DNA of 64,000 nt from the human T2T-CHM13v2.0 reference genome, Homo sapiens: the NCBI RefSeq assembly GCF_009914755.1, contig NC_060928.1; one strand, given 5' to 3'. This document shows, in pieces, positions 1-21,372 of this stretch (positions are counted from its first letter, which is position 1; each line of letters starts with the position of its first letter). Made by a program: the position numbers and the translations under genes. A model generated the notes under the pieces. The model was given only the letters and a program-made list of their open reading frames with translations, searched no databases and was not told the origin of the DNA.

Positions 1-373
1 GGGGAACCTACAAGTCGCCGTCGCCTGCCTGGCTCATTCTGTACCACTGAATGTAACTCCTCACAGCAAGCTGGAAATGTTTTGGGAATTGGACGAGATT
101 AAGACAAGGACACAGTTTATCACGCTGGATGTAATCTGAAACCATTTTATCTCCTGCATTCCGTTAGCTTTCCTAGGAGAGGGAAGGATAGCTGGAAGTT
201 TCTTAAAAATGAGAAGAGCGAAGGGGTAGCCTCAGCCTTCCATTAGCGCACTGGGTGATGCTCAGAATCGTAAGAAAATCTGCAGACAATGGTTGAATTT
301 CTAGACAGCTCACTGTTAAAACGACTTTAAAATATCAAAAACACTGTATATTCCTCTATGGGATGTGAAATTA

Positions 374-794
<421 letters not shown>

Positions 795-1280
795 TCATGG
801 TTTGAATATGGAAACCAATAATTTATTACGTTTATAACATTGTCTAAATGATTACTCTTTGGAAGACACCATTTCCTACTATAATAATCCCTTATGTGTG
901 TTTGGCACTTGAAAGATTATAAAGCACTTTCACATCTATTATCTCTTTTAATTTTCACTGCAACCCTCTGAGGGAGGTGGCAATTATTCCCTTTAGCAAA
1001 TGCCACCACCAGGTGGTGGGTGGGAATGTCCAGGGATTTACTGGTGGTCATGAATTAAAAAACAAAAAGGACATGAACATAATACTTCTAGCTTAAAGTT
1101 CTATTGGCATGTAACAGGCACAATATTTGTTCATTTGCTATGTAAATAGACGTTTCTCAGAAGTTATAGTCCTGAACCTAATTATAATTATATTTAACAT
1201 ATTCTCATAAGAAGAGTACAAGCCAATGATCAGATTGGTTTTTTGATACTCAGAAAGAGAGTTAACTAGTTTAATCACTA

Positions 1281-2953
1281 GGGTGACAGAGCGAGACTCA
1301 GTCTCAAAAAAAAAAAAAGTTTACAACATAGATGGGTGTGGTGGTACATGCCTGCAGTCCCAGCTACTCCAGAGGCTGAGGTGGGAGAACTGATTGAGCT
1401 CAGGAGGTCAAGACTGCAGTGAGCTGAGATCTTGCCACTGCACTCCAGCCTGGGTGACAGAGTGAGACCCTGTCTCAAAAAAAAAAAAAAAAAAAAAAAA
1501 AAATCACACACAGTGGCTCACAGCACTTTGGGAGGTGGAGGCAGAAGGATTGCTCGTGCTAGGGAGTTCAAGTCCAGCCTGGCAAATATGGCAAAACCTC
1601 ATCTGTTTCTTTTTCAGAAAGAAAAAAAAAAGGCACATTAGATATGAAATGTAAAAAATAAAGTAAAAAAAATAAAGGATATAAAATGTGCTCAGCTAGT
1701 TGGAGGAGGCAGTGCTAGATTCTGACTTCCAGCCTAAGGTGAAGCTCAAGGCTCTCCTGCTACACTCTGCTGCCTTTCAGTGTGGCACATGGCCGGATTC
1801 ATTATATCCCACCATCTCTTATTAGATGGTACGGTCCAGTGGGAGGTTATCATGCTCTCTAGGTTGAATATGGCCATACCAGCTGGGATATAAAAGAACT
1901 GTGAGATAAATAGTTCCATTTCTCCAGATTATTTTCCTTAGTTAAAAGCTCATGCCTTTCAAGTTGAAGGGAATTTCTATCTACTCAGCTGCTCCTGTGG
2001 CTTTCCGTTTTGATGGCAAATTCTTTTCAAATCTTGATGAAACATTTTCCAAGAGAGGACATGCCCTCGAGTTGTCAAATTCACTCCAGAGCAGACTGTT
2101 TCTTCCAAACCCCAGATAAATTTAACACATCTTTGCTATGGAAGACTCTGTAAGGCTCAGCCAATAGTTTCCTAACTATTAATCATACTGTTCGTAATGC
2201 TGCCCTTGAGCACATCCTTGAAATTTTTCTTCGTTTGGTTGGAAAAACAAGAATTTAGGGTCAGAGATAACTCGGCTTACCTTAGATGACCTCCATCTAA
2301 CTGTGATTATTGACAAGGATTATATTAGTCTTGAAAACATTATTATAAAGGTCCTCTACTGGCAACATTAATTATACTTTCAAGGCTTAACAGCTATATA
2401 AATAAAAGAAATTTTCAAAGTCTGAGTGGTTTCCTGGATTTCACAGAAATATCAGCTAAGTTTTTCTGAGCACTCAATTCTTAGGCTATTGCCTATATGT
2501 TTTGAGAGATAAATACTGACACACACTTAAACAATTTAGAGGAGCAACTAGGAGGATAAATTGGCAAGCAGTTAAGAAAGTCCTGATAAGCATATTTTTC
2601 ATGGTTTAAACTACTTAAAGTGAAGGAGAAAAGATAATCAAGATGGTCAATTCTCAACTTTTTTTTTTTTTTTTTTGAGATGGAGTCTTGCTCTGTCGCC
2701 CAGGCTGGAGTGCAGTGGTGCGATCTCGGCTCACTGCAACCTCTGCCTCCTGGTTCAAGCGATGTTCCTGCCTCGGCATACCTAGTAACTGGGACTACAG
2801 GTGTGTGCCACCACAACTGGCTAATTTTTGTATTTTTAGTAGAGACGGGGTTTCACCACATTGGCCAGATTGGTCTCAAACTCCTGACCTTGTGATCTGC
2901 CCACCTCAGCCTCCCAAAGTGCTGGGATTACAGGCGTGAGCCACTGTGCCCAG
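1281..2953. mobile_element. Alu fragments 1281-1630 (+) and full Alu 2659-2953 (-)
   Basis: Alu consensus motifs and poly-A/T tails. Confidence 0.9.
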
Positions 2954-3174
2954 ACTGACTATTCTTGAAAGTCATTCAGTACTATCTCCATCTATTAACT
3001 ATCTCTTCTGTGACAAAATAAACATCAGATTTCCTAACACTTCTGTATTATTTTCCTAAGGATACAAACTTGGATGTTATTTAAAACAATTTATTCTCTA
3101 ACAGTTTTCTGGAGGATAGAAGTCTCAAATGAAGATGTTGGCAGGGCCATTTCCTCTCTGAAACCTATAGGGGA

Positions 3175-5038
<1,864 letters not shown>

Positions 5039-5453
5039 GGAGAATCCTTCTTTGCCTTTTCTAGCTTCTATTGTTTGCTGGCAATCCCTGGCTGTAGATT
5101 CAGCCAGTCTCTGCCTCTGTCATCACATGGCCATCTTCTCCTATGTGTCTCTTCTCTTAAATATACTAGTCATACTGGATTAAGGGTTCACTCTACTCCA
5201 GTATGTAATGCAAATTACATCTGCAATTACCCTATTTTCAATTAAGTCCACTTTTTGAGGTACTACGAGTTGGGATCTTAACATATCCTTTTTGGGGAAA
5301 CAATTCAACCCACAACTTCTTATATCAGAAACTTAGATTATACAGCCTGTTTTTCCAAGGCAACTTAATAATTTCAAGTGTGACTACCTAAATCTTGAAG
5401 AAAGGTCTACCTGATTTTGATTATTAAACTATTTGACTATACTCGACATATGA

Positions 5454-5618
<165 letters not shown>

Positions 5619-6117
5619 TGAGTACCACCACGCCTGGCTAAATTTTTGTATTTTTAGTATAGACCGTGTATTTTTAGTATTCTTAGTATTCATATACAAT
5701 ATTTTTAGTCTTCACCGTGTTAGCCAGGATGGTCTTGATCTTCTGACCTCGTGATCCACCTGTCTCGGCCTCCCAAAGTGCTGGGATTACTGGTGTGAGC
5801 CACTGCGCCTGGCCTGGAAACTCTTTCATTACTGAAAGAATCATCCCTTGACCACAGGCAACTCTAAATTCCTTTGGGGAAGAATCAGAATGATTCTTGC
5901 TCAGTCCAGCTACTCTCTTGAATTGAGAAGTAACTCAGGAACCATTTGCTGTGGATTTCTCTTTACAATGTGGATTGAGGAAGAGAAGGTCCATGTGCCA
6001 AGAAGATAAGGCAGACTCACAGATAGCTGAGTCAAGAGCAAGAATCTTAATGACATTTGGGTCCCAGGCTTCAATTGTTCCTGGGCTCAGGTCCACTCCT
6101 ATTCTTGGGGTCTGTGA

Positions 6118-6456
<339 letters not shown>

Positions 6457-6519
6457 TAGTTTGAGTTAGGTTTCAATTATTTAATTTAGGAAGCATTTTT
6501 ACCAGCGCCACTATGTGGC

Positions 6520-7198
6520 ACAATTCTAAATAGTGCTGTTCAGTACAGCAGCCACCAGCCCCATCTAGCTAGTTAAATTAATTAAAGTTAGGCTGGAGCG
6601 GTGGTTCAGGTTTGTTCATCCCAGCACTTTCAGAGGCCGTGGCAGGAGGACTGCTTGAGTCCAGGAGTGTGAGAACCAGCCTGGGCAGGATAGTGAGACC
6701 TTGTCTCTACAAAACATTTTTTCTTAAATGTATTAACAAATATATATTTAAAATTAATTAAGGCCAGGCACGGTGGTTCACGCCTGTAATCCCAGCACTT
6801 TGGGAGGCTGAGGCAGGCAGATCACCTGAGGTCAGGAGTTTGAGACTAGCCTGGCCAACGTGGTGGAACCCCCTCTCTATTACAAATGCAAAAATTAGCT
6901 GGGCATGGTGGTGGGTGCCTGTAATCCTAGCTACTCGGGAGGCTGAGGTAGAATTCCTTGAACCCAGGAGATGGAGGTTGCAGTGAGCTGAGATCACGCC
7001 ACTGCACTCTAGCCTGGGTGACAGAGCAAGACTCTGTCTCCAGGAAAAAAAAATTAATTAAAATTAAATAATACTAAACAGTTAGTCACACTAATCACAT
7101 TCCAAATGCTTATTAGCCACAAGAGGCTAGTGGCTACTGTACTAGACAGCACAGACAGAACATTCCCATCGTTGGAAAGTTCTTTTGGACAGCCCTGG
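6520..7198. mobile_element. MER3/MER33-like hAT-Charlie element split by a FLAM (6591-6715) and an Alu (6762-7053)
   Basis: agccaccagcc..., gctagtggctactgtactagacagc, aaagttcttttggacagccctg. Confidence 0.6.
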
Positions 7199-7386
7199 TC
7201 CTCCATGAATGGCTCCCTGGAGTTAAAGGGGCATAATCAAGAGGAAGGTCCATCATCAGTTGTGCGAAGACAAGGAAAAGAGAAAAAAAAAAGGCCGGGC
7301 ACGGTGGCTAACGCCTGTAATCCCAGCACTTTGGGAGGCCGAGGTGGGTGGATCATGAGGTCAGGAAATTGTGACCATCCTGGCTA

Positions 7387-7632
<246 letters not shown>

Positions 7633-7829
7633 TCAAAGCCCAATGTACACTAAGTTCTGTTTATTAAAGGTGTACTTTATTTCCACCTACTGAGGCTGTA
7701 AGTTTCCAAAATTTCAAGTGTCTTAGTTTTCTGTTCCCTTTAGAGATGTGAATTTTTAAGTGTTTTAGTGAAAAGTGCCCTGAATTGGTAGTTGATACTT
7801 GAACTCTTACTCTGTTACTATGTGACAAA

Positions 7830-8148
7830 TCATATTAGCTTCATATTGTTGCTATAACAAACCTATCTATTGTAACAACACAAATGTATTATCTTAACAG
7901 TTTTGTAGGTGAGAAATCTGACAAAGGTGGGCTAAAATCAAGCAGGGCTGTGTTCCACTTTGCAGGCTCTAGGGGGGGATTCGTTTTCTTGATGTACTTT
8001 GGCTGTTAGCTTCATCTTCAAAGAAGCAATGGCAAAGAAGACTCTTTGTCACTCACATCACATCACTCTGACACATTTTTGTGCCTCCCTCTCCCACTTA
8101 TAGGGACCTTGTGATTACATTGGGCCCAACTACATAATTCGAGATAAA
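7830..8148 (-). mobile_element. MLT1-type LTR fragment
   Basis: aacaacacaaatgtattatctt...gaccttgtgattacattgggccca motifs. Confidence 0.55.
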
Positions 8149-8568
8149 TGTTTAAATTACAAATTAATGAAGTGGCAACTGAAACAAGTTTTAAGTGATT
8201 CACAAGAAAGGGCTTTGCCGGAATGGTGGCTCACACCTATAACCCCAGAACTCTGGGAGGCAGAGGCAGGCAGATTGCTTGAGCCCAGGAGTTTGAGACC
8301 AGCCTGGGCATCATAGCAAGACCCCACATGTACAAAAACTTTAAAAAATTGCCAGGCACAGCAGCTCACTCCTGTAATCCCCGCACTTTGGGAGGCTGAG
8401 GCGGGCAGATCACGAGGTCAGGAGTTCGAGACCAGCCTGACCAACACGGTAAAACCTCGTCTCTACTAAAAATAAAAAAAATTAGACGGGTGTGGTGGCA
8501 CACACCTGTAATCCCAGCTACTCATGAGGTCAGGAGATTGAGACCATGGTGAAACCCCGTCTCTACTA

Positions 8569-8764
<196 letters not shown>

Positions 8765-9042
8765 TAGAGTTTGCTAAATCATAGACTTAAAGTCATATTA
8801 GCAAAAAAAAAAAGACAACAAATTTTGTGTTGCCATAACAGTGTGTAAAAGTAGTCGCCCAAATGAAAATCATTCAAATTAAAGGAGTCAGAAAACACTC
8901 TGGTAACAGGATTCATCCTTCCTTTCTAACTTACCAAAATGACTCCTCTAGAGAAAACAATCTTTGTGATCCTATGTTTTCTGAGTAACAAGGTAGTTCT
9001 GCCTTCCTGATATACTAAATAAATGTTCTGATCAGAAATTAA

Positions 9043-9201
<159 letters not shown>

Positions 9202-9519
9202 TAGCTGGGATTACAGGCATGTGCCACCATGCCCGGCTAATTTTTTTATTTTTAGTAGAGATGGGGTTTCTCCATGTTGGTCAGGCTGGTCTTGAACTCC
9301 CAACCTCAGGTGATCTGCCTGCCTCGGCCTCCCAAAGTGCTGGGATTACAGGCGTTGAGCCACCGCGCCCAGCCAGCCCTGATTTTTGAATCTATGTTCA
9401 CAACAACTTTTCTTACCAAAGTGTCCTTAATTACCACTGACCTTGTTATCAGGTGGTACCTTCCATATTGAAATACTTCTATTAATGTACCTTAGAATTA
9501 ACATTTTCTACAAGTTGTC

Positions 9520-9690
9520 ACAATATGCTTTATCTGAAGAATACAGAAGTATTTTTATTTCTTTTTATTTAATGATGCAAAATACAAATGCTGGCTTGAT
9601 ATATATTCACATATAACTTTTTCTCTCACATTTACAACTCAACAGATGGTGAATCCAGAGGAACAGCTACAATCACTATACGGAGCATAC
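9520..9690 (-). other. NDUFC1: NDUFC1 terminal, entirely 3'UTR exon
   Basis: Polypyrimidine tract ttttttttttcttcattatag| ending at 9691, followed about 120 nt later by two AATAAA hexamers; 3' end approximate. Confidence 0.85.
9554..9569 (-). terminator. NDUFC1: Tandem polyadenylation signals of NDUFC1
   Basis: Plus-strand tttatt at 9554-9559 and 9564-9569 read as AATAAA twice on the minus strand. Confidence 0.8.
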
Positions 9691-9915
9691 CTATAATGAA
9701 GAAAAAAAAAACTGTAGCATTAACCAGCAGAAATAATATTAAAATTAAACTACTCTGAATTCACCTTAGAACATCAGAAAAAGTCTAGAAAAGACCCACA
9801 AAGAGTACCAATACCTTATTTTATTTAATTTTAACAAAAAATATTTTGCCTTAACTATGAAAGAACAGCAAAAGCCATCTGGTTTGTATTTCAATGCCTA
9901 TTTCATTTTTACCTC

Positions 9916-14346
<4,431 letters not shown>

Positions 14347-14637
14347 GTATAATTACTATTTAGTAAAACTGCCATTCCTTACAAAACCATGTTAAGGAAC
14401 AATAACAGAAATTTTAGTCCCATCATACTTTTTCAATGTTGCTGAAATCTTAATTTCTTTTTAGTCCTTGGGATTTCTCTTATGGAAAAATACGTATCAG
14501 CGATTATATAAATATCCTACTGTTATGAGAGTTTCACTGCCATACAACATATAACAGCACCATTCAATCTCGCAATGTTATGTCATTCCCTTACCACGCT
14601 GGTGTAGTCTCACGACATCCGGGAGTAAAGTACTTAC

Positions 14638-14741
14638 ATAGATCCACAAGAAGACAGTGGTGCCCAAGGTGAACCCAACTTTCAGCCAGTCAGGTTTGGC
14701 ATTCGGCGGCTCTCGCACGTAGAACTTTGATCGCACTGAAG
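14638..14741 (-). CDS. NDUFC1: NDUFC1 second coding exon ([35 protein letters not shown])
   Basis: Acceptor ccctttcag|, donor TAT|GTAAGT; 104 nt; phase fits (67+104=171 nt, 57 codons); contains the KFYV mature N-terminus and a hydrophobic TM segment. Confidence 0.97.
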
Positions 14742-14899
14742 CTGAAAGGGGAAGAGGGTCTGTAAATTTGTAACTTACTGCCTTGTAGGGAAAAAACCCT
14801 AACATTTACGTGCGTATTATCGCATTTAATTCTCCCTTCAACTCCCCCATCTCCCACTTAAACAGCCAAGGAAATAGAGGTTCAAAGAGATCAAGTACC

Positions 14900-15545
14900 T
14901 CGCCCAGGGCCACTGGCGAGTTAGACAGGACGCACCTGTCCTGTCCGAGGCTTTCAAAGCCTCGTTTAAGGGCTTGCGGACCCTCAGACGACTCGGGAGT
15001 GGTCATGTAAGGGGCGCCCCGGGGAGGGTGTCTCCTCTCCCGGTTTACGGGACCTAACGTACAGAGGTGGGGAAGGCAAGGACCCAAAGTCCATTTACAA
15101 AGGCCAAGAGTGGTCAGGTTGAACTTGGATAAGTGCTAGAGGCGGGTGATGGGGAGCAGAGAGCCCTGCGTAGGGGACAGGCGTGGGCTGGGCCTTGGGT
15201 CGTCTGCCGGCGAAGGTCACTGCAGGACGAACCCGGGCCGCTGCCGCCTCCTGCACCCGTGGGCTGGGTCCGCCTTAGGAGGGGTAATCTGAGGGTCGAG
15301 TCGGCCTGCACGAGGAGGATACTCACGGCCGCTCGGGAGCCTGGCGGGGGCCAGCAGCCGGGAAAGGGGACGCAGCAAGGCGGACGGCGCCATCTTGCGT
15401 GGCCCAGCTCAGTCTCTCCGAGTTGGCAACAGAACCAGCGCCACCTGGCGGCCGGAAGTGCGGGACTCGAGGGCTCTGCAGCAGAGCTCCGTGGGGGCGT
15501 CAACGTGAATTCCAGCACGGCAAGGTTCTCTAGCACCCCGGCCTC
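14900..15545. promoter_or_regulatory. NDUFC1: CpG island / proximal promoter of NDUFC1
   Basis: High GC and CpG density; ETS/GABPA CCGGAAGTG 15452-15460; YY1 CGCCATCTT 15388-15396 over the start codon; CTCF-like site 15437-15453. Confidence 0.85.
15327..15393 (-). CDS. NDUFC1: NDUFC1 first coding exon (MAPSALLRPLSRLLAPARLPSG, mitochondrial transit peptide)
   Basis: ATG at 15393-15391 in aagATGg context; 67 nt to donor C|GTGAGT at 15326; translation matches the known NDUFC1 N-terminus. Confidence 0.97.
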
Positions 15546-15555
15546 AGCCTTCTGT
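15394..15555 (-). other. NDUFC1: NDUFC1 5'UTR part of the first coding exon, with an upstream splice acceptor for longer isoforms
   Basis: Minus-strand long pyrimidine tract (15570-15600) then tatag|ACAGAAGG at 15556/15555. Confidence 0.7.
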
Positions 15556-15729
15556 CTATACAGTGGAATTAGGAAGAAAATAATTAAAAGAAAAAAGAGT
15601 TTACCTATTCTCTGTCCTCTGGGGGTTTTTCACCCCATCTCTACGGCTATTCATCAAGAGGTTTATTAAAATTTTCCTACATGAGCCAGAAGAAAGAAAA
15701 GTGTCGTGCTGAATAATAACTAGCATTTG

Positions 15730-16270
15730 GATTGAATTCTGTGGTCCAGGCACGGTGCATTAATGTATCATATGGTTTACATTCATTGTCTTATTTCATC
15801 TTCAAAACGAGCACATATCATGCCGTGGTTATAAGCCTCAATTTACAGATGAAGCTTAAAGAAGACAGCTACTCATCCAAGGTGACATATTATATTTTAC
15901 AGTTGAAAAGATCTCTTAACACTTACCACTTACACTCACGATCATACTGAAGCCTCACAAACCTGTGAAGTAGAATTAGTGCCTTAGGTAGGCTTAAGAT
16001 CACACAGATGGCAGAGGTGGGATACAGTTTGAGGTCTTCTGACTCCAGATCTAGTGATCCTCATTAGCCCACCTAACAGACTTGGACCACCCTAGACCAT
16101 AAGCTGTAGAATCAGCGTTCAAAGCCATTCTGCTCACCACTTTTTAGCTCTATGATTTCTAGGCAAATTACTTAACCTCTCTATACCTAAGTTTTACATC
16201 TGTAACATAAAACCTATAGGGTTGCTGAGAAGCTTAAACAAGTGTCTGGTAGTAGTAAACAATTTATTTG
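15730..16270. mobile_element. Degenerate MIR fragments in both orientations upstream of the NDUFC1 proximal promoter
   Basis: atttacagatgaag (minus core) and ggcaaattacttaacctctct..catctgtaa (plus core). Confidence 0.5.
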
Positions 16271-16979
16271 GTTTTGCCTATTAAAGACATCGTTCTGAGG
16301 AATAGGTTTTATCTTGCACAGTTGAGCCAGATCTTTGTACATTCAATTCAGTTCAATCTGATGTCTAAAGACCAGTAAAAATATTTATAGGTAACAGACA
16401 ATACATTTTGACCCTTTAAAACTAATCCTTTAAACTTTATGTCATTAATTTTAAAACCAAAATAAATGTTAGCAAATCTCCTATATTCTCTTTAGCAATG
16501 TTATTTTAAGATCTTTTTTAACCAAAAATTATTGACCAAAAAGTCAATTAATTGCACTGTGTTTTCTGGCTCATTTTAACATGCAAATGGTGGCTAAATG
16601 GATTGCTAAATTGTGAGTCACTTTAGTTTGTAACCTAGTTTGAGCCTCCTGGACTCATGCTCAAGTAAGTAAACTACCCAATGAATGTGCTGAGCCAGTT
16701 GTTGGTTCGCCACTTATTGTCCACTCAGCAACCTGTCAGTTGTATATCCTTTCTACACCATCCGTTGGAAGCTTGTCCTGATGAAGCTTTTGCTAGTATC
16801 CAACAAGTTGAAACAGATGCTATCTTTAGTCAGAGTATTCAGAACCAGTAAGCAAATTACTAATTTCAGTACTGCTATTGAGAAAGACTGCTTTGTTCTT
16901 TTTCAGAGCTTTGGCCCTTGTATCCTTTTACTAGTGTGTATTTTGGGAAAGTGATGAAGTATAAGCACATTTTTCTCAC

Positions 16980-17038
16980 CATATTAGAGCTGATGGGAAC
17001 TGTACACTTGGAGTACCCAGCTGTATGTGAAACTGCAT
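16980..17038 (-). other. NDUFC1: NDUFC1 non-coding 5'UTR exon (59 nt), candidate
   Basis: Acceptor attcttttctag| and donor ATG|GTGAGA on the minus strand; fits my recollection that NDUFC1 has multi-exon 5'UTR isoforms. Confidence 0.65.
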
Positions 17039-17376
17039 CTAGAAAAGAATCCTGATTAAGTAATTCCAGCTAGGAACTAATATCTATAATATTTTGTTAG
17101 AAGTTGCTTCATAACATTCATGTAAGCATCTTCAGAATTTGAACACTAAAATCTTATTTATGATCCAGGTGAAAAGAGAGAGGATTTGAGTTAGCAGCTA
17201 GAAAAGCAAAGTTTCAGTCCAAGATTTTTCCACTGGGAAAAAATCACATCTCCCAAGGAAGGTAAAAAAAGAGCAAGAATTGAAAAACAGTATAAAATGC
17301 AAAAAACAAAACAAAAAATCCCTATTTTTATTGATACAGCATGCATGAGAATACTATGAATCAAACTTAGGACTTG

Positions 17377-18862
<1,486 letters not shown>

Positions 18863-19530
18863 TTTTTTTTTTTTTTAAATAAGATCCAAGTACTTAATAA
18901 GATGTAACAGTCTCAATAGAGAACATCTTACATATATGGAGAAATTTCACTCAACATATCCCTTTTGTAGAATTAAAGTTTGCAAGGTAAATGATTTTAT
19001 TTCTTTCTTTTTGGTTAATATTTTTTAGAGTTAGCATTTGGAACATAGTGACATGCAAGCACATGGGGTAAGATGAATTAACTATCATCAGCAGCAGCAG
19101 CGGCAGCATATAGCCTTGGATATGTTAACTTTCTGAAAGCATGGCTGTTACTTACAGTATAACTCAAATGGGATCTCTATTTGTGAAATTGTGGTGATCA
19201 GAGTAAATATATATTTTTTTATTCAATTCAGGCTACTGTGTGGTCAGACTGTTATCTGTAGGTGCATTTTAACTAGCAAATGAATCAGTTAAATGTTGAA
19301 TCAGACTAGTATTTGCCGAGCCTTTAAAATTGCCATTTCTTTGTCATCACCCAAAAAGAATGTAACATTTGCCAAACTCTATTTCTGGCTCATCTAATCA
19401 GGTACTCAGGTTCTGGTGGAAGCTACTGATTGTTTCAAAGACCAGAAATTTTCTTCCTCTGAAGGAAAATAGAATATTCTTTACAGGAGAAATTTAGAGA
19501 ACTATAGCAAATAGTATTGCTGTAGGGATT

Positions 19531-19585
19531 TTTGGATATGAAGCCAGAAATTTGGATATGAAGCCAGAGATTTGGAAATCCAAGC
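19531..19585. repeat. 20-bp tandem repeat, about 2.5 copies (tttggatatgaagccagaRa)
   Basis: Read directly. Confidence 0.85.
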
Positions 19586-21099
19586 TAAAACTATCAACTG
19601 CATTTAGACTATTTTTTCTGTCTTTCAATAGTTCAGACAGTTGAAAGATCTCTTGGGGCAGTGAATTTTGCAGGTTATTACTAAGTAACAGCTTAAAAAT
19701 GAATTATAAGCTTGTTCTTAGTTTTATAAAGTTAAGGTTAAAATACTGGCCATATTTCAAACTGAAACATAGTTTCCTGTATATATGATTTTTCTCAAAC
19801 TTTTGAAGAGAGATCACAGAATTTAAGGAAACTCCAGGATTTGACTGTTAAAAACCTTATTTATGACCCCGGTGAAGGGCGAGGACAATCAATATAGCAG
19901 CTACAAAACCCAAGTTTATATTGGGAAACATGTATCTCAACTCACACCTTTCAGGGACAGTTAAGAGAAGTTTGAAAATTAAAATATCTTTGCAAATAAA
20001 TTTAAAACAGTAAAAAACACGCACATATTGTTTAATAATTCATGATGCAAAGAATGCTACAGAGTGAAATCAGGATTTGGAAAGAGGTAATCAAAAACCA
20101 AAGGTTAAAAGTGGCTCATATAACTTGAAAATTTTTAGATCAATGGAATGCCACTTTGAAAAAGTTTTACGGTCAGCTGTTAATGAAATGACTTACATTT
20201 TTGGAAGGACTCCTATTCGGTATGTAGTCTGACCTCGCCTACTCGAGTAGTTCCCTCTAGTATCCTTGCCAGTCTTTGGCTTCTAAGATCTGAGAATTTC
20301 TGGGGATGGGGAGTTCGAGTCACAATATTAAGAACTAGTTTGAAGCCAGCTCCAGGGTAGTCTGTCTTTAAGTCTCCACTACTCCGCTCCAAGGTGACTC
20401 ATAAGGTCGGTCCGTCAACTCTGCATTATATGGCCTCAACAACGAAATTAAAACACATACTTTAACCTCCAGAGCCTCCTTTGGCAGTGCAAATATGTCA
20501 CTTCGGATCTGACTAACTACCTTTCCAGGCTGATCTTAAGCAACATTCACCAAATTACCGATACGACAGCCAGGCCCATTTCATCGGTCAAGCTCTTTCA
20601 CGATTTCCAGACTCTGTTAAGCCCCTTTCTCCCCAGGGCTGTTAACAAGTCTCCACTGCGGTGAAGCTTTTTTCATTTTCCACTCCGCCTCTGCTCCTTA
20701 AATTAGGCATTTCGTCCATAATCAACTACAGCGCTTCTCAAACACCTACACCTGTATTTTAGCACTTTGGGCTCAAACGATGATCACACAGTGTGCGAGA
20801 CTCTTTCCAAGGAATGAAAGGTCGATCTAGCAGGAAGGCGCCAGAGAGGCTGTTTTTGATGAGGAGGCGGTCTGAACCGTACTTGCCTAGCCTCCCGTAG
20901 CTCCGCGGGCGCTTCGAGGGCACCACGCACTGAAATGATGGGCGGGGCCTGCCCCGACCCTCCCGGCCTCCACAGGCAGGCCAGCCTCCAGGTTTCCCGG
21001 CAAGCTCCGAAACCCAGAGGAGGTGGGGAAAGGAGGTCACCGCGCCTGCGTGTTAGGAAGCGTGACCCGGGTGGGAAAACCCTCCGCGTCCGCCATTTT

Positions 21100-21372
21100 G
21101 GCTGCCTCTGTCGGTCTGTTCAGTTACCACGTGAACCGCCGACGGAGACCCGTAGTGGGGGAGGCGGCGGCAGCGTTAAGTGAGAAAGGAAAAAAGACAA
21201 CGAGGAAAAAGGAGGTGTCCGGGTAGGGCAACGCGGCGACACCCGAGGCCTGGTGGTGGCGGCGGATCGAGATATTCAAGGCTGAAGCAGCTACGGAACG
21301 GCAGCGGCGGCGGTCGGACAAACTGACTGACCGAGCCGGGTGGTGGCGGGAGCAGCGGGAGCAGCCGGAACG
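21100..21372 (+). other. NAA15: NAA15 5'UTR (exon 1), TSS approximate
   Basis: GC-rich leader with no upstream ATG, leading to the acgATGc start. Confidence 0.7.

Noticed and set aside
1-300. Possible upstream/promoter region of the neighbouring gene (MGARP by recalled gene order)
   Set aside because: No exon or diagnostic motif is present in the window, so it cannot be supported from the sequence
15114-15669. Long ORFs (140 aa minus, 178 aa plus) over the NDUFC1 CpG island
   Set aside because: Stop-poor GC-rich sequence; not the NDUFC1 frame and no recognisable protein
19088-19108. Short (CAG)n-like run
   Set aside because: Only about six interrupted units, in non-coding sequence
20305-20325. 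B-box-like gagttcgagtc suggesting a tRNA or Pol III gene
   Set aside because: No A-box spacing, cloverleaf or terminator is evident
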